Shown here: one piece after another, positions 1 through 6,174 of the stretch | How the letters are laid out: every line of letters starts with the position of its first letter | How positions within the stretch are numbered: the stretch's first letter is position 1 | Assembly (NCBI GenBank): GCA_039028615.1 | Contig: JBCCHT010000077.1 | Span: 1 to 24,667 of the forward strand | DNA length: 24,667 nt | Source of the DNA: Myxococcota bacterium | GTDB taxonomy: Bacteria > Myxococcota_A > Polyangia > Nannocystales > Nannocystaceae | Reading direction: 5' to 3' | Made by a program: the position numbers and the translations under genes | The notes under the pieces: model-generated | Database searches by the model: none | Told to the model about the DNA's origin: nothing | The model's input: the letters and a program-made list of their open reading frames with translations, nothing else

Positions 1-780
1 TGATCGCAAAATATGCGTGAAACTCAGAGTTGCAAAATGGAATAAAGTATTGGACTGGATCTATTCTCTTGATATTGTAGGCTCCTATACAGACAAGTGC
101 ATTAAGCATGGTGCTTGAGGGGGCTTGCGCCTTTTGGGGAAAAGATTTTGTGCCACAAACACACGAAACGAAGTCTTCATTCAAAACTGGTCGACGGTTC
201 CCCCTCGCCAGGTATTTCTGCATGGGAGGGGGGTTGGATGGGTGGAGGGACAGGACAGGGGAGACACCTAGACACTTAGACAACCCCAGTTTAGTCCAAG
301 CCTTAGAATTATCACGAAGGAAGAGTATTTGGTGTTTGGGGAACGTCCCCTTTCGGGAGAGTAGGTCTATTTTGGTTTTTTGGGTCCACACGACCACACT
401 GAAATTACCTTCAAAATTGAACATTCCCAAAATTCCCTGAAAAGGAGAGTAGGTCCTTGTGGATAATGCTCGGCGACGAATCAACAGATTCTACTTTTCA
501 CTCTCTGCTTTTTATTCCGCTCGTTTCTAATTGCACGAATGTTCGGCAACTTGAAGAGACCCAGTCCTATGATTCCGCATGCGGAGCACATACAAAGGCG
601 CGCTGTATTATTCGCGCCATGAAAAGTGCCGTTTTCTGCTCAAAATTCTGCCGGCATTATCTGCAAGGGCCATGCAGCCTACGGGAGAATGACCACAGTG
701 CCAGCGAGAGCACGAGTCCTGCTTGTTCCGACGGTATCGCGAACGTATGCCGTGGATCCAGTACCGCCTTGGACATCATC
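1..780. other. Low-GC, apparently non-coding segment compositionally foreign to the rest of the window
   Basis: Hand-counted GC: 1-60 22/60, 361-420 23/60, 481-540 22/60, 601-660 27/60, 721-780 34/60, versus 42/60 at 781-840. A/T homopolymer runs are frequent. ORFs 108..440 and 457..798 lack GC3 bias and recognisable motifs. Confidence 0.8.
452..671 (+). ncRNA. Candidate structured RNA (or ssDNA) fold-back of unknown family
   Basis: 452-469 (GGTCCTTGTGGATAATGC) pairs with 654-671 (GCATTATCTGCAAGGGCC) over 18 contiguous pairs, 3 of them G-U. Nested stems: 471-474/650-653, 493-500/620-627, 507-512/594-599, 515-520/581-586, 523-528/555-560, 531-534/546-549. Confidence 0.45.
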
Positions 781-1415
781 CGAAGAGTGTACGCGTAGCG
801 GATCGCGACCTTGGCGGGCGTCCCGTCGGCCAGCTTCGCCGGAGCAAACGTCGTGCGTCGCACTGCTTTGGCGGCGACCTCATCGCATCCGTGGCCGATG
901 CCCGACACCAACGTGGTCCGCGAGATGGTGCCGTCGCAGTCCACCACGACTTCGAGTGTCACCGTGCCTTCGACCTTCCCCTGCCGCACCGCCGGGCACA
1001 TGGTGGCCGGCGGAGGCTTCTTCGTCCTGGGCAACACCGCCACCAGCTGGCGCCCGCCCGAGATCGAGTCGGAAAGGTCGACGCACGTGGTCCCGTCGGC
1101 GGCGGTATGACGCGGTGCCGCGGCGACCGCCCGCTCCCGCGCGGCCCGGGAATCGCCGACGGTTGCTCCGGAGCCGGATGAGAGCGCCGGAGGTTCGGGT
1201 TCCGGCGGGTGTGGCTCGGGTTCGTTCGGCTCAGGGCTGGGTGTTGCTTCGGCTACCGCGACCGGCCCAGCCGGGCGGGGAGGCCTGGTCGGCTCCGACG
1301 TTTCGGGCGTTTCGCTCGGCGACTGCGGCGGCGCAGCGGGCCGGCACGCGAGCATCGTCCATACGCTCGCCGCCGCTACGGCGCGGCCGGGCCAGTACGC
1401 AATCCAGTGCCTCAC
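657..1415 (-). CDS. TonB C-terminal-domain protein with Pro-rich linker, probable lipoprotein; natural end possibly 776 if a 1-nt insertion near 785 is removed
   Basis: TonB_C pattern GKVEGTVTLEVVVDCDGTIS...SGIGHGCDEVAAKAVRRTTFAPA...GTPAKVAIRYAY; Pro/Glu-rich spacer (PSPEPNEPEPHPPEPEPP); N-terminal hydrophobic stretch ending TMLAC. Confidence 0.85.
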   Translation of the reverse strand: MRHWIAYWPGRAVAAASVWTMLACRPAAPPQSPSETPETSEPTRPPRPAGPVAVAEATPSPEPNEPEPHPPEPEPPALSSGSGATVGDSRAARERAVAAAPRHTAADGTTCVDLSDSISGGRQLVAVLPRTKKPPPATMCPAVRQGKVEGTVTLEVVVDCDGTISRTTLVSGIGHGCDEVAAKAVRRTTFAPAKLADGTPAKVAIRYAYTLRMMSKAVLDPRHTFAIPSEQAGLVLSLALWSFSRRLHGPCR

Positions 1416-1555
1416 GACGACAGGCTAGCAGCCCCGGCACGCAAAGCCTGCCTCCGTAGCCGTGGGCCAACCCGCAAGCCCAACCACGCCAACCGCCCTG
1501 AGAGGAGCCAGCCCCGAAGGTCCGATTCTTCGATTTCCCCGACGTTGATCGGCTC

Positions 1556-1762
1556 GTGGTCCAGGCTGAGCTGCTCGGCCAGGGCAATCGCCGGCTGACC
1601 GTGTGGAGTCACCGCCACCCACCTCCGTCGGACGAGACGGCGTCCGAATGGCTCGAGAAGATCCAGCGGGCGACCGGACTCGAACCGGAAGGCCCTCACA
1701 TCCTCCTGCGAGATTTCGGAACGCAGGCAGGGGCCGCGTTATCGCCTCGCGAGGGTTTTTGA
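1556..1762 (+). CDS. Small hypothetical protein, possibly the 3' part of a frameshifted ORF starting at GTG 1462
   Basis: 34 of the first 40 codons end in G/C. The stop lies 8 nt from the convergent kinase stop. The frame is open upstream to 1502. It competes with antisense ORF 1412..1699 (-). Confidence 0.35.
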   Translation: MVQAELLGQGNRRLTVWSHRHPPPSDETASEWLEKIQRATGLEPEGPHILLRDFGTQAGAALSPREGF

Positions 1763-1770
1763 GCTGAGCG

Positions 1771-3066
1771 TTAGACCAGCGAGGCCACGCCGAGCACCGC
1801 CAGCGCCATCGTGCCCAGAAAGCCGAGGCCGGCGGTGGCCATCATGCCCATGAACAAGCGCGGCCGGGACTCCGCGAAGCGCAGCATGTGGTTTTGCTTG
1901 GCCTTGACGAAGGTGAGCGTGCAGTGGGCGTCGATCTCTCCCGAGCGCAGGCGCTCGAGTTCGAAGAGCGCCGCCGCGGCGTCGTTGAAGCGGTCGTTGG
2001 GATCGCGCTGCAGTCCGCGGCGCAGGAAGTGGCGCATCTCGGAGGGGACGGGCGGCTGCGCGGGGTGAGCCCAGGTCTCCGGGTCTCGCCAGGGGCCTTG
2101 GCCTTCGAGCACCTCTTTGAGGATCTCGTACACGGTACCGTGGTCGGGCACGTAGCTGCGCAGGGTGAGCAGCTCGAAGAGCACGAGGAACGCGGAGTAG
2201 AGGTCCGAGCGCGCGTCGACGGCCGCACGGTCTCCGCGGGCCTGCTCGGGCGCCATATAGAGCGGGGTGCCGAGCAGGGCGCCGTCTTGGGTCATGTCGG
2301 GGCGGCTACCCGCGATCTCGGTCGAGGGCTCGGCCCGGGCGGCCCCACGACGGGCGATGCCCCAGTCCACCAGGCGGACCTCGCCGTGCTCGCCCAGCAT
2401 GACGTTGGCGGGCTTGATGTCGCGGTGGAGGATGCCCCGGGCGTGGGCGTAGTCGAGCGCGTGCAGGATGCCGACGAAGATGTCGAGGCGGCGCGCCAGC
2501 GGGTACTGGGCGTGGGCGTCCTCGTCGCCGGCCGCGAGGCGATCGATGAGAGCGTCGAGGCTCTCCCCCTCCACGTACTTCATGGTGAAGAACAGGCGCC
2601 CGTCCTCGTCGCGACCGACGTCGTAGATGGGGGTGATGTGGGGGTGGTCGAGGGAGCCCATCGTGCGGACTTCGTCGACGAAGCGCGCGATGGTGGACGG
2701 CGAGCTGACTCGCTTGGTCAACCGCTTGAGCGCCACGCGGCGGCCGATGTCGTGGTCGGTGCTGAGGTCGACGTCTCCCATGGCGCCGCCACCGAGGCGA
2801 CGAATGGAGGAGTAGCGCAAGCGCTCGTGGGGCTCGAGGCGCAAGGACCCCGAATCCTCGGAGACCACCCGCGGCAGGACGGTGGTGCGACCGCTGAGCG
2901 TGCTGTCGCTGGCGGGAGAATCGGCGGTGACGGTCGGATCGGCGTGAAGCGTGCGATCGAGCGCGCTATCGTGAACATGGGCTTCGGCCGCGGCCAGCGA
3001 CGAGGCCATAAAAGTACGGTTCCCCGGTCCGGGGGCGACGGACGGAGTAGCGATGGGATGAACCAT
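1771..3066 (-). CDS. Hanks-type Ser/Thr protein kinase with C-terminal transmembrane helix
   Basis: Motifs LGGGAMGDV, VALK, HRDIKPANVM, DWG, GTPLYMAPE, SDLYS; hydrophobic C-terminus LFMGMMATAGLGFLGTMALAVLGVASLV. Start set at ATG 3066, preceded by AGGGAG with a 6-nt spacer (the ORF track starts at 3105). Confidence 0.95.
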   Translation of the reverse strand: MVHPIATPSVAPGPGNRTFMASSLAAAEAHVHDSALDRTLHADPTVTADSPASDSTLSGRTTVLPRVVSEDSGSLRLEPHERLRYSSIRRLGGGAMGDVDLSTDHDIGRRVALKRLTKRVSSPSTIARFVDEVRTMGSLDHPHITPIYDVGRDEDGRLFFTMKYVEGESLDALIDRLAAGDEDAHAQYPLARRLDIFVGILHALDYAHARGILHRDIKPANVMLGEHGEVRLVDWGIARRGAARAEPSTEIAGSRPDMTQDGALLGTPLYMAPEQARGDRAAVDARSDLYSAFLVLFELLTLRSYVPDHGTVYEILKEVLEGQGPWRDPETWAHPAQPPVPSEMRHFLRRGLQRDPNDRFNDAAAALFELERLRSGEIDAHCTLTFVKAKQNHMLRFAESRPRLFMGMMATAGLGFLGTMALAVLGVASLV

Positions 3067-3177
3067 GGAGGGCTCCCTGGCGGCTGGTGACGAACGGTGC
3101 CGCACCCGTTCGACCGTCCGCCGAGACCCTCGGGTTACGCCCCACCCAAACTCGATGAAATTCGTGCCTGAGCGGCG

Positions 3178-4155
3178 TCAATGGGCCGCATCGCTGCGTT
3201 GGCGGAGCTCGACCACCCCCTTGCCCAGCTTGGCGCGGATGAGCCGCCGTAGGGTGGTGGCGTCTTGGTAGCCCACCGCGGCGGCGATCTCCGCGAGGCT
3301 CTCGTCGGTGGTGCGCAGGCGGTGGACCGCGACCTCGACGCGAAGGTCGCGGACGAAGGCGATGGGCGAGCGCCCCATGACCTCGCGCATGCGGCGTTCG
3401 AGCGAGCGAGGGCTGGTGCCGATGGCCCGGGCCCCCGCCTCGATGGACAGCGGGCCCTCGAGGTTCTCGCGGACCCAGCGTTCGAAGCGCTCGACGATGG
3501 GGTCGTTGTGATGCAGGTGATCGGGCACCGCGAACACCACCTGCGAGGGCCGGTCGTCGACCAGCAGGTAGCGCGCCACCAGGCTGGACAGGGCCGGGCT
3601 GTGGGTACGGATGAGCCACAGGGCGAGGTCGGCATGGCCGAAGGCGGCTCCCGCGGTGACCACGGGACCATCGTCGACGACCATCTTGGACTCATCGAGC
3701 CGCACGCGAGGAAATCGCTCGCGGAAGGCGGCCGAGAGCCACCAGGCGGTGGTGGCCCGGTGCCCATCGAGGACCTGGGCCGCGGCCGCGGTGAAGGTGC
3801 CCGTACACGCTGCGCACACGGTGGTACCGCGCTCGGCCCAAGCTTGGAGCACGGCGTGGGCATCGGTGACGTCGCGACGGCACTGGATCTCGGCCAGGGC
3901 CTCGGGGGTCTTGGCCGAGGTGGCGGGCACGAGCACGTAGTCGGGGCGGCGGCTGGAGCGGGTGACCTTGTCCGGGGATAGCCGCATGCCTCGACCGGTC
4001 TGGATGTGGCTACGGGTGCCGACCAGTCGCACGTCGAAGCGCAGATCGGGGCACCCGGCCTGAGGCGCGAGTTCATTGGCGAAACCAAAGGTGTCGAGCA
4101 GGACCGACAGCCCGGTATCGAAGGCACCATCCACGGCGAGTACGGCCAGCTGCAT
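3178..4155 (-). CDS. GlxA-family transcriptional regulator (DJ-1/PfpI-like GATase domain plus AraC HTH)
   Basis: N-terminal domain with CAACTGTF...LDGHRATTAWW...VVDDGPVVTAGA; C-terminal SPRSLERR...LAEIAAAVGYQDATTLRRL. Start ATG 4155 is preceded by GGAG. Confidence 0.93.
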   Translation of the reverse strand: MQLAVLAVDGAFDTGLSVLLDTFGFANELAPQAGCPDLRFDVRLVGTRSHIQTGRGMRLSPDKVTRSSRRPDYVLVPATSAKTPEALAEIQCRRDVTDAHAVLQAWAERGTTVCAACTGTFTAAAAQVLDGHRATTAWWLSAAFRERFPRVRLDESKMVVDDGPVVTAGAAFGHADLALWLIRTHSPALSSLVARYLLVDDRPSQVVFAVPDHLHHNDPIVERFERWVRENLEGPLSIEAGARAIGTSPRSLERRMREVMGRSPIAFVRDLRVEVAVHRLRTTDESLAEIAAAVGYQDATTLRRLIRAKLGKGVVELRQRSDAAH

Positions 4156-4197
4156 CGGAGGACTCCGCTCCAAGAGGGTAGGAGAGGAGGAGGGGCG

Positions 4198-4276
4198 TGT
4201 CGAATTGTAGATTGGCGGAAATGGTCACTTCAGTGTCGAATACGACCTGGGGCCCTTCGGGGGCGAGGGCTAGGTT
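4198..4276 (+). promoter_or_regulatory. Putative GlxA/AraC operator (direct-repeat half-sites) and promoter of the ABM gene
   Basis: TGGCGGAAAT at 4213 and TGTCGAATAC at 4234 start exactly 21 nt apart. A further TGTCGAAT lies at 4198, a -10-like TAGGTT at 4271-4276, and an AAGGA RBS-like sequence before ATG 4304. Confidence 0.5.
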
Positions 4277-4303
4277 GAGACCCATCGAAAGGACGACATC
4301 GCC

Positions 4304-5017
4304 ATGACTCAACCCAGCGCAACGACCACCCCCGCTCCCTCTTCGCTCCGCCCCGAGCCCGTACCCTCGAGCTCCAGTGCCTCCCGAGGGCCGAATTCGG
4401 CCACGGTGGGGCTCTTGGCGACCCTCGTGGCCAAGCCGGGCAAGGAGGCCGAGGTCGCCGAGCTGCTGCAGGCCGGGCAGCAATTGGTCGAGCAGGAAGC
4501 ACAGACCCTGATCTGGTTTTCGTTTCGCATCAGCGAGGACACCTTCGGCATCTACGACGCGTTCGCCGACGAGGCGGGGCGTGCCGCTCATCTGGAAGGG
4601 CGCCTGGCGGCCGCATTGATGGGCCGCGCCGACGAGCTGCTTGCGGTCGCGCCGCGGATCGAGCCCGTGCAAATCCTCGGGCGCAAGTACGTCGCGGGCA
4701 CCAACGTCGCGATCGGGACGCCCGTGGGGCTGTCGGTGCGCCTGCACGCCAAGCCGGAGCAGCGCGACGAGCTCGAGCGTCTACTGGTCGCGGGGCAGGC
4801 CATGGTCGAGGCCGAGTCACAGACGCCGGTCTGGTTTGCGTTCCGCATCTCGGCCGACGAGTTCGGGATCTACGACGTGTTCCCGAGCGACGCTGGTCGT
4901 ACCGCCCACGTCGAAGGGGAGCTGGCCGCCGCGTTGCTGGGGCGGGCCGACGAGCTGCTGGCCGAGCCGCCGAGCATCGCTCCGGTCGATGTGCTGGCGG
5001 GCATGCGTCGGGAGTGA
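4304..5017 (+). CDS. Antibiotic-biosynthesis-monooxygenase (ABM)/quinol monooxygenase-like protein with two tandem domains
   Basis: Two copies of GL...L.AKP...E...LL.AGQ..VE.E.QT..WF.FRIS.D.FGIYD.F...AGR.AH.EG.LAAAL.GRADELLA..P.I.PV..L (aa 35-128 and 141-234); divergent from a GlxA regulator. Confidence 0.88.
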   Translation: MTQPSATTTPAPSSLRPEPVPSSSSASRGPNSATVGLLATLVAKPGKEAEVAELLQAGQQLVEQEAQTLIWFSFRISEDTFGIYDAFADEAGRAAHLEGRLAAALMGRADELLAVAPRIEPVQILGRKYVAGTNVAIGTPVGLSVRLHAKPEQRDELERLLVAGQAMVEAESQTPVWFAFRISADEFGIYDVFPSDAGRTAHVEGELAAALLGRADELLAEPPSIAPVDVLAGMRRE

Positions 5018-5089
5018 ACGGGGGGCCAAGGCGCGTGCGCGTGGGGCCGGGGCTGTCCTGCGCGTGCGCCCGAGGTCTTGGCCCGTTCA
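5015..5089. terminator. Intergenic inverted repeat between convergent genes (possible bidirectional hairpin without U-tract)
   Basis: TGAACGGG(GGG)CCAAG at 5015-5030 versus CTTGGCCCGTTCA at 5077-5089; inner GGCGCGTGCGCG/TGCGCGTGCGCC stem. Confidence 0.5.
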
Positions 5090-6112
5090 GCGACCTTTGG
5101 CGACGCGAGCCAGGTGGGGGATGTCGCCCGAGATCTCGAGGCCGGCACGTCGTCCCACCCCGCGATAGATCTCGCGACCGCCTCGCCGTTCGCTCAGGCG
5201 GACCGAGACCTCCGCCATCAGCGTCTCGTGGACGTCACGCACCATGCCCTCGATGGTGGGGCCGGGCAGCACGGTGGGCGGGGCTCGCCGAATGTCGAGC
5301 TCGAGTCGATGGTGGCGGTTTCGCAATACCCAGCGGACGTGGTCCTCGGTGCATGCCAGCTCTTCGACGCGCGCGAGGTGGTGGGTGGTGAAGGGGTACA
5401 GCGTGCCGTCGATCCACAGGCCCACGATGAAGCCGACGAAGGTGCGACCGAGGTTGGGAATCTCGGCGATCGAAGCGCTGAGGCAGACCTTCGCCGGGTC
5501 CTCCTCGGGGCCGCCGAAGTGATTGCTCTGGCACCAGATCCAGCTGGACGGGAAGCTCATGCCCCAGTCCTTCTCCACGTAGCCGCGGCCGCCCCCGAAG
5601 TCGATGGACTCGTCGTCGAGCGACAGTCCACCGCCGAGGGCATGATCGAAGCCGATGACGCCGTGGTAGCACTCGAGGATCGGGATCCAGCCGAACGGGC
5701 CCATCACGCCCGGCGACCACCAGCGCACCGGCCATTCGCTCAGGCCGTGCATCGTCACTTCCCCCTGCAGGCGGAGGTCGGGCAGCTCGATGTCCAGCGC
5801 GATCGACCCCTCGGTCTCGCCGAGGTGCAGACGGTTGGGCCCGATGCGAGCCTCGCAGTCACGGTCGTGCGCCCAGAACTCGTCCGCCGGGTAGCGGGCG
5901 AGCCAGGCTCGTTGCCGGGCGCCGTCGAACACCTGCACGAACGCGTGCGACTGGGCGGGGTCGGTGGCAAAGTAGACTCCCGGAATGATGGCCACCGGTC
6001 GCGACTGGTCGCGGTCGATGAGCTTGAGGTACCAGCCCTCGAAAAAGGGCGGCCGACGTCCGTGCCCATGAAACGAGGCCGGGCGCATCACGTTGCGCAA
6101 TCGCGAAAGCAC
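5087..6112 (-). CDS. Tocopherol cyclase family protein
   Basis: PFFEGWYLK, PGVMGPFGWIPILECYHGVIGFDH, GRGYVEKDWGMSFPSSWIWCQSNHF are characteristic of the family. Start is likely GTG 6112 (alternative ATG 6088); the ORF-track extension to 6493 overlaps the divergent MMPL gene. Confidence 0.88.
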   Translation of the reverse strand: MLSRLRNVMRPASFHGHGRRPPFFEGWYLKLIDRDQSRPVAIIPGVYFATDPAQSHAFVQVFDGARQRAWLARYPADEFWAHDRDCEARIGPNRLHLGETEGSIALDIELPDLRLQGEVTMHGLSEWPVRWWSPGVMGPFGWIPILECYHGVIGFDHALGGGLSLDDESIDFGGGRGYVEKDWGMSFPSSWIWCQSNHFGGPEEDPAKVCLSASIAEIPNLGRTFVGFIVGLWIDGTLYPFTTHHLARVEELACTEDHVRWVLRNRHHRLELDIRRAPPTVLPGPTIEGMVRDVHETLMAEVSVRLSERRGGREIYRGVGRRAGLEISGDIPHLARVAKGR

Positions 6113-6174
6113 GAATACGAGTGTAGACGGGGCCCCGGCGGGCGGGGGGAGCAAACGGCGGTACTGTAGGGGCG

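Noticed and set aside
262..283. Short tandem GACACCTA-GACACTTA-GACAAC
   Set aside because: Only ~2.5 imperfect 8-mers without spacers; not a CRISPR or iteron array.
108..440. 110-aa ORF in the low-GC segment
   Set aside because: No codon bias, no recognisable motif and no clear RBS; probably a chance ORF.
452..671. Specific assignment of the fold-back as retron msr-msd, 6S RNA or integron attC
   Set aside because: No RT gene downstream on either strand within the window, no zapA/ygfA-type context, no RYYYAAC...GTTRRRY ends and too long for attC; left unassigned.
678..687. CCTACGGGAG, identical to the start of the conserved 16S rRNA 341F site
   Set aside because: The match stops after 10 nt (continues AATGACC rather than GCAGCAG) and there is no other 16S-like sequence around it.
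3091..3133. Hairpins CGAACGG/CCGTTCG and CCGAG/CTCGG upstream of the kinase
   Set aside because: Short GC-rich stems without a U-tract, expected by chance at this GC content.
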